A stretch of 40,173 bases of DNA. Origin: Bacillota bacterium. GTDB lineage: Bacteria > Bacillota > Dethiobacteria > DTU022. The notes beneath the pieces are model-generated. The model saw only the letters and a program-made list of their open reading frames with translations. It was not told the origin of the DNA and did not search any database. Made by a program: the position numbers and the translations under genes. This document shows positions 1 to 9,779 of the stretch, piece by piece. The stretch is from the NCBI GenBank assembly GCA_012510625.1, contig JAAZHP010000087.1, positions 1 through 40,173 on the forward strand. The letters run 5' to 3'. How positions within the stretch are numbered: position 1 is the first letter of the stretch; every line of letters begins with the position of its first letter.

Positions 1-2020
1 GGTAAACATAGTAGTCATCGTCAAGCTCGCTTAAGGGGATCATCCCTTCGACAGTATTTTCCAGCTCCACGAAAAGGCCGAAGCTGGTCACGCCGTTGAT
101 GATTCCCGGAAATACCTCTCCCAGTTTGCCTTCCATGAATTCGGCCTTTTTAATATCTTCGCTGGCCCGCTCCGCCTCCATCGCCTCCCGCTCCCTTTCC
201 GAAGCGTGCGCGGCTATTTCCGGCAGCCGCGACTGTAAAAGGGCGCGCCGCTTTTCGGTGATCCCCCCCGGGGCCAGCGATTCCTTTAACAGCCGGTGCA
301 CCACCAGGTCGGGATAGCGCCGGATGGGGGCGGTAAAATGGCAGTAGAATCGCGAAGCCAGCCCAAAGTGACCCTCGTTGACGGTGCTGTAGCGGGCTTG
401 CGGCAGGGAGCGCAGCACCAGGTAGCGAATCAATAGCTCTGTAGCCTCGCCGTGTGATCTTTCCAGAAGCAATTTCAAGTGCTGAGGCTTGAACTCGCGC
501 AGCCCGGCGGCGGTTTGATCGCCCAGCAGCAGAAGAGTCTCGCGCAGGACAGCCAGCTTCTCCACCTCGGGCACGGCGTGGATCCGGTAGATCAGGGGCA
601 GCTCCTCCCGCGCGAAATGAGCAGCCACCGTTTCATTGGCCAGGATCATGAACTCCTCGATAAGCGATTCGGATTGGCCCGGCCGGCGCCGCTCCACACC
701 GGTGACATCCCCCTCCTCATCGAGTATAAACCGCGGCTCGGGAATGTCGAGGTCGAGAGCACCGCGCCGCAACCGCCTCTGCCGCAGCAGAGCCGCCAAC
801 CGGTCCATCTGCTCCAGCATCTCGCCGGGGCTTGACCCGTTACCGTCAATCTCTTCTTCACCGGCAAGATGGGCCTCCACCTGGGGGTAAGTCAGGCGTT
901 GCGCCACCCGCACAATGCTGGGCAAAAAACGGTAGCTCTCCAAATCTCCCGCGGCGGTAAGATGCAGCAGCACGCTCACCGCGAGGCGATCCTCTCCCGC
1001 CTTCAGGCTGCAGAGATTCTCCGAGAGAAGCGGGGGGAGCATATGCACGACCCGGTCAACCAGGTAAGTGCTGGTGCCCCTTTCAAACGCCTCCCGGTCG
1101 ATGTATTTCCCTTCTCTGACATAATGCGAGACATCAGCTATATGCACTCCCAGGCGGAAGCCGCCCTCCGGAAGCTCTTCCAGTGATACGGCATCATCAA
1201 AATCCTTGGCGTATTCCCCGTCAATAGTCACCATGAAGAGGTTGCGCAGGTCGGCGCGCTTCTCTTCGGAGGCGATCCGCGAGATTGCCTCTTCGGGTGG
1301 AAGCGCCTCCAGCTCTTTTAAAACCCGCGGTGGGAATTCACCGGACAGATTGTAGCGCCGGTCAAAGAGGAGCTGCTCCGTTCCCGGGGCGCCCGGATGC
1401 CCGATTCGCTCCACCAGGTGGCCCCGGGAGAGCCGGTGCCCCTCCTGCCAGGAATCAATCTTCACCACAACCTTATCCCCGCGGCGCGCTTCTTTAAAGC
1501 CACGCGTAAGGGTTACCGCCCGGCCGAAGCGGCTGTCGTCGGGAATGACATAGTAACTTTTGCCGCGCCGCTCCAGCGTCCCGATGAGCTGCTCGCAGCC
1601 GCGTTCCAGTATCGCCACCACTTCGCCTTCAGGACTGCGGCGGCGGCCGCCGGGAGAGACAAGGCGGACCATCACCCGGTCTCCATGAACGGCGCTCTTT
1701 AAAGCGCCGGGTTTGATAAAAATATCCTCATCCCCGGAATCGGGCCTGAGAAAGGCGTAGCCGCGCCTGCTTCCGGCCAAAACCCCGGTGACGCAGTCAT
1801 GCCGCCGGGGCAGCCCGTAGCGGTTCCGCCCAATTTTGATCAGCAGGCCGCAGGCCAGCATCTCCTTTAGCTGCTTTGCCAGTAAAGCTTCTTCACCTTT
1901 CGGCAGCCCCAGGGAGTTGCTGAGCTGCCGCAGCGTTAATGAAGGCAGGCGATGTTCGTCAAGAATTTGCGTTATTTTACTACGCAGCTCTGGAGATGAA
2001 TTATTTATTTGATGTTTCAT
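1..2020 (-). CDS. rnr: Ribonuclease R (RNB-family 3'-5' exoribonuclease). The C-terminal end runs off the left edge.
   Basis: Missing from the ORF track because no stop codon lies inside the window. Hand translation of the minus strand from ATG 2020-2018 stays open to position 1. It reads MKHQINNSSPELRSKITQILDEH...TIDGEYAKDFDDAVS...GVHIADVSHYV...ERGTSTYLVDRVVHMLP...EEFMILANETVA...GHFGLASRFYCHFTAPIRRYPDLVVHR...GVTSFGLFVELEN, i.e. RNB motifs followed by the start of an S1 domain. Confidence 0.9.
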   Translation of the reverse strand, partial: MKHQINNSSPELRSKITQILDEHRLPSLTLRQLSNSLGLPKGEEALLAKQLKEMLACGLLIKIGRNRYGLPRRHDCVTGVLAGSRRGYAFLRPDSGDEDIFIKPGALKSAVHGDRVMVRLVSPGGRRRSPEGEVVAILERGCEQLIGTLERRGKSYYVIPDDSRFGRAVTLTRGFKEARRGDKVVVKIDSWQEGHRLSRGHLVERIGHPGAPGTEQLLFDRRYNLSGEFPPRVLKELEALPPEEAISRIASEEKRADLRNLFMVTIDGEYAKDFDDAVSLEELPEGGFRLGVHIADVSHYVREGKYIDREAFERGTSTYLVDRVVHMLPPLLSENLCSLKAGEDRLAVSVLLHLTAAGDLESYRFLPSIVRVAQRLTYPQVEAHLAGEEEIDGNGSSPGEMLEQMDRLAALLRQRRLRRGALDLDIPEPRFILDEEGDVTGVERRRPGQSESLIEEFMILANETVAAHFAREELPLIYRIHAVPEVEKLAVLRETLLLLGDQTAAGLREFKPQHLKLLLERSHGEATELLIRYLVLRSLPQARYSTVNEGHFGLASRFYCHFTAPIRRYPDLVVHRLLKESLAPGGITEKRRALLQSRLPEIAAHASEREREAMEAERASEDIKKAEFMEGKLGEVFPGIINGVTSFGLFVELENTVEGMIPLSELDDDYYVY

Positions 2021-2028
2021 CCGGGTAT

Positions 2029-2580
2029 CTACAACCCCAAATCTGCAGCAATTGACTGCATTGCTTCAAGGCTCAGAGCGATGAAACGCTCCAGGTCCAT
2101 ATTCAGCTCGCTGCAGCTTTCAATCTGCCCCCGGTCCGCACCGCGGGCGAAGCTCTTCTCTTTAAAGCGGTTCATTACAAACTCAACATCAATCGCCGCC
2201 AGCTTTTTCTGAGGATGAATCAGGGCTGCGGCCACCAGCAGCCCGGTCACCGGATCGGCGGCGTAGAGCGCTTTATCGAGCAGCGTTTGCCGTTCCACTC
2301 CAAGCATCTCGTTATGCGCCTTTACCGCGTGAACCAGCTCAGCGGGAAGGCCCTTCTCTACCAGGATCTGCGCCCCGAGAAGTCCGTGCCGCTCAGGCTG
2401 ATCCACCGTCTTGTCATAATCGAGGTCATGCAGCAGTCCGGCCAGGGCCCAGAGATCTTCATCCTGTTCCAGTTCTTTGGCCAGACGGCGCATTACCGCC
2501 TCCACCGCCAGCATATGCTTGACCAAATTTTTTGTTTTAACCTCTTTATTGACCAGGCGCAAAGCTTCTTCGCGTTCCAT
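2029..2580 (-). CDS. Small HD/HDIG-domain metal-dependent phosphohydrolase (183 aa)
   Basis: ORF-track protein carries an H...HD signature (KHMLAVE...AGLLHDLDYD). Size and layout match stand-alone HD hydrolases. It lies 8 nt upstream of the rnr start. Confidence 0.75.
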   Translation of the reverse strand: MEREEALRLVNKEVKTKNLVKHMLAVEAVMRRLAKELEQDEDLWALAGLLHDLDYDKTVDQPERHGLLGAQILVEKGLPAELVHAVKAHNEMLGVERQTLLDKALYAADPVTGLLVAAALIHPQKKLAAIDVEFVMNRFKEKSFARGADRGQIESCSELNMDLERFIALSLEAMQSIAADLGL

Positions 2581-2643
2581 CTATTTCTCCTCCATAAATT
2601 TACTCTAATGCTAACTTGTCTACATTATACCCCTAGGCGGACC

Positions 2644-2673
2644 AAAATAAAAGGACCGCCCCCCTGGGGCAGC
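2644..2673 (-). terminator. Intrinsic terminator downstream of secG
   Basis: The minus-strand RNA reads GCUGCCCC-AGG-GGGGCGGU, an 8-bp stem including two G-U pairs, followed by CCUUUUAUUUU. Confidence 0.6.
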
Positions 2674-2705
2674 CCCATTCAACCCATAAATAAATAAGGA
2701 CAAAA

Positions 2706-2930
2706 TTATCTCAGAATCGTCAGTACAATGGTGAAAAGCATGAAGGCGATCGCCAGTCCGGTCGTCACCCGGGCAAGCATTTCATCCAGGCCCTTTTTCT
2801 TGCCGAACAGGCTCTGTGCGCCTCCCTCAATAACCCCCAGGCTGGCGCTGCGGCCCGACTGCAGCAACACCGAAGCGATCAAACCGATGCATATGAGAAT
2901 GTAAAGCGCAATCAGCACATAAAGCAGCAT
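2706..2930 (-). CDS. secG: Preprotein translocase subunit SecG
   Basis: 74-aa protein with two TM segments: MLLYVLIALYILICIGLIASVLLQSGRSASLG...GLAIAFMLFTIVLTIL. It has the typical SecG size, the LLQ.G motif, and the usual position after eno. Confidence 0.85.
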   Translation of the reverse strand: MLLYVLIALYILICIGLIASVLLQSGRSASLGVIEGGAQSLFGKKKGLDEMLARVTTGLAIAFMLFTIVLTILR

Positions 2931-2964
2931 GCAGGCACCCCCGCTTCTAAACTAAAGCTCATTC

Positions 2965-2993
2965 ATTCTAACATAAAAAGCGATTACCGGCAA
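2965..2993 (-). promoter_or_regulatory. Sigma-A type promoter candidate for secG
   Basis: Minus strand has TTGCCG (2993-2988), a 17-nt spacer, then TAGAAT (2970-2965), about 35 nt upstream of the secG ATG. Confidence 0.5.
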
Positions 2994-3060
2994 ATATGTT
3001 GCCTCACTTCTGCTCGGGAAGGTTTACCCTGCCCTGGACATAAGAAAAGGGCGCGCTTAT

Positions 3061-4452
<1,392 letters not shown>

Positions 4453-4524
4453 AATAATGGGAGGCCTTGATTACAGAGACAGCGCTTCGCCCACGATGGC
4501 TCCCAGACAAAGCGCAGATACTTA

Positions 4525-6057
4525 CTATGCAACAATTAAGCTTCGCCCGGTCATCTCTGACGGCTGCGGCAGGCCGGCCAACTGCAGGACAGTCGGGGCA
4601 ACATCAGCCAGGCAGCCGTCTTGCCGCAACCGCACCTGGCCGGCTCCCAGAAGGATGCAGGGGACGGGGCTGGTCGTATGGGCGGTATAGGCGCCTCCTC
4701 TGTCGTCGATCATTTTCTCCGCATTGCCGTGATCGCCGCAGATGATCAACCGCCATCCCCGTTTCAGCGCCGCCTTGGCAATTAAGCCGAGTTGCCGGTC
4801 CACTGCCTCCACACCTTTCACCGCCGCCTCCAGAATACCCGTATGGCCGACCATGTCCGCATTGGCAAAATTAACCACCAGCAGGCGGTGGCGCCCTTCA
4901 ACGATGGCCCGCACTGCCGCCTCGCCTACCCCCGCAGAGCTCATCTCAGGCTGCAGGTCGTAGGTAGCCACTTTTGGCGACGGGATTAGCAGCCGCTCCT
5001 CACCCGGAAAGGGTTTTTCGCGCCCCCCGTTAAAGAAGAAGGTAACGTGGGCATATTTCTCCGTTTCGGCAATGCGCAGCTGGGGCCATCCGGCATCGCT
5101 GTAGAGCTCACCCAGGGTATTTCCCAGGTACTCCGGCGGGAAAGCCACAGGCAGGGGGAGGCTGCGCTCATACTCGGTCATGCTCACCACATGGAGCCGC
5201 GGCGCCGCCGGACCGCGCTCAAAATAGGCAAACTCATCGTCAACCAGGGCATGGCTGATCTGGCGAACCCGATCGGGGCGAAAGTTAAATAAGATGATGC
5301 TGTCATTTTCCCGCATTGCCGCCAGCGGCTCCCCGTCTCGGCCCGTAATCACCACCGGCTGAATGAACTCGTCGGTTTCGCCCCGGCTGTAAGCCTCCTC
5401 CAGGGCTTGCAGCGGATCGGAGGAGTACCTGCCTTCGCCGTAAACATAGGCCCGGTAAGCCTTCTCCGTGCGTTCCCAGCGCCTGTCCCGATCCATGGCA
5501 TAGTAGCGCCCGCAGATGGTAGCGATATAGCCCTTTTGCCGCTCCAGGCTGCGCTTATGGTAACTCTCCAGGTGCGGCCTGGCGCTGGCGGGCGGCGTAT
5601 CTCTCCCGTCGAGAATGGCGTGGATAAAAACACGCTCTACCCCCTGCTGCTCCGCCATCTCCAGCAGGGCGGCAAGATGATCGGTATGACTATGCACACC
5701 GCCATCGGAGAGCAAGCCGACCAGGTGAACGCTGCTGCCATGCTGGCGGGACCAGTGCATCGCTTCCCGCAGAACGGGGTTTTCAAAAAAAGTGGCGTCC
5801 CGGATGGCGCGGGAAATGCGGCTGAGATCCTGGTACACTATGCGCCCCGCTCCTAAATTAAGGTGCCCCACTTCCGAATTGCCCATCTGCCCTGCCGGCA
5901 GCCCTACCGCTTCCCCGGCGGCATCAAGCCGGCACCAGGAGAATCTCTTTTGAAAAAAATCCATCTGCGGCGTGCGCGCCTGCAGAATAGCATTGCCGTC
6001 GGCCTCGCTGCGGCAGCCCCATCCGTCCAGAATTACCAGCGCTATCGGATTCAGCAC
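4525..6057 (-). CDS. gpmI: 2,3-bisphosphoglycerate-independent phosphoglycerate mutase
   Basis: 510 aa with LVILDGWG, GNSEVGHLNLGAGR, LLSDGGVHSH and ICGDHGNAE motifs. It overlaps the tpiA stop by 7 nt. Confidence 0.95.
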   Translation of the reverse strand: MLNPIALVILDGWGCRSEADGNAILQARTPQMDFFQKRFSWCRLDAAGEAVGLPAGQMGNSEVGHLNLGAGRIVYQDLSRISRAIRDATFFENPVLREAMHWSRQHGSSVHLVGLLSDGGVHSHTDHLAALLEMAEQQGVERVFIHAILDGRDTPPASARPHLESYHKRSLERQKGYIATICGRYYAMDRDRRWERTEKAYRAYVYGEGRYSSDPLQALEEAYSRGETDEFIQPVVITGRDGEPLAAMRENDSIILFNFRPDRVRQISHALVDDEFAYFERGPAAPRLHVVSMTEYERSLPLPVAFPPEYLGNTLGELYSDAGWPQLRIAETEKYAHVTFFFNGGREKPFPGEERLLIPSPKVATYDLQPEMSSAGVGEAAVRAIVEGRHRLLVVNFANADMVGHTGILEAAVKGVEAVDRQLGLIAKAALKRGWRLIICGDHGNAEKMIDDRGGAYTAHTTSPVPCILLGAGQVRLRQDGCLADVAPTVLQLAGLPQPSEMTGRSLIVA

Positions 6058-6818
6058 CCGGCTGCCTCCTTGGCGGCAAGAATAAGCGCAGTAAATGAAT
6101 CAACCTCCAGGCTGGCTCCTCCGACCAGGGCTCCGCTGATGGAGGAAAGAGCGGTAAAGCTGCCGATATTGCTTGCATTGACGCTGCCGCCATATTGTAT
6201 CCGCGGGGCAGATGCCGATTCGCCTGCTAAAAGCTTTTCCACCACCTGGCGCACCAGCCCGGCGGCGCTATCGGCATCAGTCGGCGAAGCCGCCCGCCCT
6301 GTCCCGATAGCCCAAACCGGCTCATAGGCCACAACCAGGTCCTTAAGAACGCCCGGATTGAGCCCTTCCAGGGCCGCCCGGAGCTGCCGCTCCAAAACGT
6401 CGCTCGTTTCACCGCGGTTGCGCTCTTCCTCCCTTTCTCCGATACAGAGCAGCGGTGTAAACCCATGGTTTAGCGCTGTCTCCAGTTTTCTCCGGACAGC
6501 GGCATCATCTTCTCCCAGGATATGGCGCCGTTCGGAATGTCCGATGATAACATGGCTCACACCAAACTCTTTCAGCATTGCCGGCGAAATCTCCCCGGTA
6601 TAGGCGCCCTGCTCCTCCCAGAACATATTCTGCGCGCCCAGCTTGATGCCGCTGCCGTCAAGTGCGGCCGCAGCAGCAGCCAGCGCGGTAAAAGGAGGGC
6701 AGATTAGTATCTCTACCCCCCGGAGATCTTTTTCCCGTTGTTTCAACTCCCTGCAGAAGGCCGCTGCTTCTGAGGCTGTCTTATGCATCTTCCAGTTGGC
6801 GGCAATAATTAATCCCAT
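6051..6818 (-). CDS. tpiA: Triosephosphate isomerase
   Basis: 255 aa with AANWKMHK, IIGHSERR, AYEPVWAIGTG and QYGGSV motifs. GGAGTGGAGG ribosome-binding site lies upstream. Confidence 0.95.
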   Translation of the reverse strand: MGLIIAANWKMHKTASEAAAFCRELKQREKDLRGVEILICPPFTALAAAAAALDGSGIKLGAQNMFWEEQGAYTGEISPAMLKEFGVSHVIIGHSERRHILGEDDAAVRRKLETALNHGFTPLLCIGEREEERNRGETSDVLERQLRAALEGLNPGVLKDLVVAYEPVWAIGTGRAASPTDADSAAGLVRQVVEKLLAGESASAPRIQYGGSVNASNIGSFTALSSISGALVGGASLEVDSFTALILAAKEAAGC

Positions 6819-6838
6819 GTGAAAATACCTCCACTCCT

Positions 6839-8026
6839 TTACTTGACCTCTTTATCTTGCAACACGGCAATACCGGGAAGCTCCTTCCCTTCCCAGAGCT
6901 CCAGGGTAGCTCCACCGCCGGTGGAGATGAAGCTGATCTGCTCTGAAAGGCCAAATTCTTCAATGGCGGCCACTATATCCCCCCCGCCGATAATAGAGAA
7001 AGCCCTGCTCCCGGCAACAGCCCGGGCCACCGCCTCGGTGCCGCGGTGAAAGGGGGGCGTTTCAAAAACCCCCAACGGGCCGTTCCAGAGAATAGTCCCG
7101 GCGGCAGCGGCAGCCTCACTGTAGAAAGCAGCTGTTTCCGGACCGATATCGACCGCCTTCCAGCCTTCAAGGGTTCCAGCGGCAGGGACCACTTTGAAAT
7201 CAGCCTCCGGCGTCAGCTCCCGGGTGATGGCCAGATCCACGGGCAGTTGGAGACAGCAGCGGCTCTCCTCGGCGGCCTCGAGGATATCCCTGGCCCTCCC
7301 GACCATCTCTTCTTCATAGAAGGAATCGCCCATGGGGTAATCCATGGCTGCAAGAAAGGTGTTGGCCATACCCCCTCCTATGAGCAGTGTATCTGCCAGC
7401 TCCAGGAAGCGGCGGATTATATTTAATTTATCGGAGACCTTGGCCCCTCCCAGGATAGCTACCAGGGGGCGGGCCGGCTGCTCCAGGCAGCTCGACAAGT
7501 TTTCAATTTCTTTAATCATCAGGAGACCGGCCACGGCGGGGATGTGCTCCGCCACCCCGGCAGTGGAAGCATGGGCCCGGTGAGCTGTTCCAAAAGCATC
7601 GTTAACAAACAGATCTGCCAGATGCGCCATCTGGCGCGCAAAAGCGGGATCGTTTTTCTCTTCGCCCTTCTCAAAGCGGACATTCTCCAGCAGCAAAGCT
7701 TCACCGTCTGCAAGCTGATTCACCGCATTCTCTACTTCCGGCCCGACAACCTGGTCGAGCTTGCGCACGGTCCGGCCCAGCAGTTCGGACAGCCGTTCGG
7801 CCACGGGATCGAGACGCAGCTCCGGTCTGACCTCTCCCTTGGGGCGCCCCAGGTGGGACACCAGAATGAGGCGGGCTCCTCTTTGCAGCAAATCAACTAT
7901 TGTCGGCAGAGCCGCCCGGATCCGGGTGTCGTCTTTCACCCGGCCGTTTCCCAAGGGAACATTAAAATCAACCCGCAGGAGCACCTTCTTTCCTTTCACC
8001 TCAACATCGGCTACACTAAGCTTCAA
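6839..8026 (-). CDS. pgk: Phosphoglycerate kinase
   Basis: Contains LLRVDFNVPL, SHLGRPKG, FGTAHRAHAS and STGGGA motifs. The ORF track starts at TTG 8065, and an ATG lies at 8059. I prefer TTG 8026 (MKLSVADVEVKGKK...) because it gives the canonical PGK N-terminal length and has GGTGA 8 nt upstream. A TAGAAT -10 candidate sits at 8076-8071. The start position is uncertain within 8026-8065. Confidence 0.9.
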   Translation of the reverse strand: MKLSVADVEVKGKKVLLRVDFNVPLGNGRVKDDTRIRAALPTIVDLLQRGARLILVSHLGRPKGEVRPELRLDPVAERLSELLGRTVRKLDQVVGPEVENAVNQLADGEALLLENVRFEKGEEKNDPAFARQMAHLADLFVNDAFGTAHRAHASTAGVAEHIPAVAGLLMIKEIENLSSCLEQPARPLVAILGGAKVSDKLNIIRRFLELADTLLIGGGMANTFLAAMDYPMGDSFYEEEMVGRARDILEAAEESRCCLQLPVDLAITRELTPEADFKVVPAAGTLEGWKAVDIGPETAAFYSEAAAAAGTILWNGPLGVFETPPFHRGTEAVARAVAGSRAFSIIGGGDIVAAIEEFGLSEQISFISTGGGATLELWEGKELPGIAVLQDKEVK

Positions 8027-8102
8027 TCTGCAGCTCACCGTCCTTGGGCTAATTTTCATTGGCAACCATTATTCTACCACAAAAGCCACCTTTAAACGCA
8101 AT

Positions 8103-8170
8103 ATGAGAGGTGAGAAGTGAACAATGAGAAGTGAGAAGAAGTGGGAAGTGAGAGATTAGAAGTGAGAACA
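8103..8170 (+). repeat. Tandem purine-rich array, about five units of GAGAAGTGAGA / GGAAGTGAGAG with roughly 7- and 14-nt phasing
   Basis: Plus strand reads atGAGAGGTGAGAAGTGAacaatGAGAAGTGAGAAGAAGTGGGAAGTGAGAGATTAGAAGTGAGAAc. Positions 8141-8168 match the reverse complement of 14048-14075 at 26/28. Confidence 0.8.
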
Positions 8171-8238
8171 AACAGACTTAAACGGCCAAAAGTCAACTTG
8201 GGGTTATGGAAAACTTGAAATTCCAAACACAGCGTCCC

Positions 8239-8283
8239 TGAAGTCATCCCCTCCGGCTTCTGACTTCCAACCTCCGACTTCTA
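8239..8283 (-). repeat. GAAGTCR repeat units forming a hairpin immediately after the rpoN stop codon
   Basis: Minus strand reads TAGAAGTCGGAGGTTGGAAGTCAGAAGCCGGAGGGGATGACTTCA. GAAGTCA and TGACTTC form a 7-bp stem, followed by a weak U-rich tail, so this may be the rpoN terminator. It shares ATTAGAAGT with 8155-8163 and ATTAGAA with 24631-24637. Confidence 0.6.
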
Positions 8284-9675
8284 ATGACGCCGTCGGCGGT
8301 AAGAAGCGGGAATGGACATCTCTTCGCGGTATTTGGCAATAGTGCGGCGGGAAATAAAGATTCCCTTTTCTTCAAGCAGCTCCGTCAACTGCTGATCGCT
8401 GAAAGGGTTTTGCGGATCCTCCTGCTCAATCAACTCGCGCAGGTAACTTTTGATACTGTGTGAAGAATAATCTTCGCCCCCTACGCCGGTCAGGCCGCTG
8501 GAGAAGAAAAATTTCAAGGGAAAAAGGCCGCGCGGTGTTTGGATATACTTATTCGCGGTAGCGCGGCTGACAGTTGATTCATGGAGGTCGACGGCCCTGG
8601 CAACATCTTTCAAGGTAAGCGGCTTGAGCTGTTTGATCCCGTGCTCCAGGAAAGGCTGCTGAATCTCGACAATTTTCTGCGCTACCCGGTAGAGGGTCAG
8701 GCGCCGCTGCTCGATACTGCGCAGGAGCCAGGCGGCTTTTTCAAGCTTGCTCTTGATAAAATTAGAAAGGTTTTCATCGGCGATCCCGCTGTGGATCAAT
8801 CTTTGATAAAAAGGGCTAATTGTCAACTGGGGGGCAAGCTGGTCGTTCATCACGATCACATATTTGCCGTCAACTTTCTCCACAATGATGTCGGGTACGA
8901 TATAGCGCGTATCCGGTGCGCCGCCGAAGCTGGAGCCTGGCTTGGGATTCAAAGTGCGGATAAAATCAACGGCATCCTGGACTTCTGTGATATCGCAGCC
9001 AAGCCGGGCCGCAATCTGCCGGTAGCGGCCATCGGCAGTGGAGGAAAGATATTGTTCAACAATCTTGACCGCCAGCGGAGGGGGATTATCCAGGGCCTGA
9101 AGCTGCAGCAGCAGGCATTCCCGGAGATTGCGGGAGGCGATTCCCGGCGGTTCCAGTTCCTGCACGATCCTGAGTCCCATTTCCATCTCTTCTACCGGCA
9201 CTCCGAGAGCATCGGCAAGTTCGTCCAGATCGCTGCGCAGATAGCCGTCCGGTTCCAGGTTCCCGATGAGATAAGCGGCGATGCCGTACTGCCGCGGCGA
9301 AAGATCTATTAAACGCAACTGCCCAAGCAGTTCTTCCATCATTGTGCTCGGGCTGCCGGCGTAATTGTCAACGGTGGGGAACTCGCTCCAATCCCTGCCT
9401 GCGGGGTTCGGCATGTAGCCCGCCATGTCCAGGTCCATATCCCGAAAATATTCCTCCCAGGGGAAATCATCTTCCGGGAGTTTCTCCGAAGGCTCTTCCT
9501 CGCCGTCCATGTCGCTGTCTCCTATTTCCAGCACCGGATTGCTCAGGAGTTCCTCCTGGATAAAGTCCTGCAGCTCCATGGCGGAATATTGCAGAATGTT
9601 GATCGCCAGCTTTAACTCCGGTGTAATGATCAGCTTCTGGCTCTGTTCAATTTTTAATTCATAGTCCAGCCTCAT
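8281..9675 (-). CDS. rpoN: RNA polymerase sigma-54 factor
   Basis: N-terminal region I (QSQKLIITPELKLAINILQ), a central acidic stretch, and a C-terminal HTH plus RpoN box (ISRRTIAKYREEM). I moved the start to ATG 9675 (MRLDYELK...), which has GAGGAG 8 nt upstream. The ORF-track start is GTG at 9684. Confidence 0.93.
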   Translation of the reverse strand: MRLDYELKIEQSQKLIITPELKLAINILQYSAMELQDFIQEELLSNPVLEIGDSDMDGEEEPSEKLPEDDFPWEEYFRDMDLDMAGYMPNPAGRDWSEFPTVDNYAGSPSTMMEELLGQLRLIDLSPRQYGIAAYLIGNLEPDGYLRSDLDELADALGVPVEEMEMGLRIVQELEPPGIASRNLRECLLLQLQALDNPPPLAVKIVEQYLSSTADGRYRQIAARLGCDITEVQDAVDFIRTLNPKPGSSFGGAPDTRYIVPDIIVEKVDGKYVIVMNDQLAPQLTISPFYQRLIHSGIADENLSNFIKSKLEKAAWLLRSIEQRRLTLYRVAQKIVEIQQPFLEHGIKQLKPLTLKDVARAVDLHESTVSRATANKYIQTPRGLFPLKFFFSSGLTGVGGEDYSSHSIKSYLRELIEQEDPQNPFSDQQLTELLEEKGIFISRRTIAKYREEMSIPASYRRRRH

Positions 9676-9779
9676 TGCTGCCACTCCTCAGGCTGTTGAT
9701 TCGACATAAATTCAGTTTTTCCCTGCTTCATCGCTCTTCCGGAGCTCTTACACCGGAAACTTCGCTCCCCTACACATAT

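Noticed and set aside
8103-8170. TRAP- or CsrA-like protein-binding array, suggested by regularly spaced GAG/UAG triplets.
   Set aside because: The phasing is about 7 or 14 nt rather than the 5-6 nt expected for TRAP. The purine-rich strand is also antisense to all flanking genes, so no mRNA target is evident.
8092-8247. 51-aa minus-strand ORF across the rpoN-pgk spacer (MTSGTLCLEF...LTSNLSLPTSSHFSLFTSHLSYCV). A similar ~54-aa ORF lies at 24794..24958 (MEPRPCVYVIISAAKDLKKGGF...).
   Set aside because: Both are translations of the repeat arrays and hairpins, giving low-complexity peptides. Their ATGs sit only 0-2 nt from the G-rich run that would have to serve as the SD.
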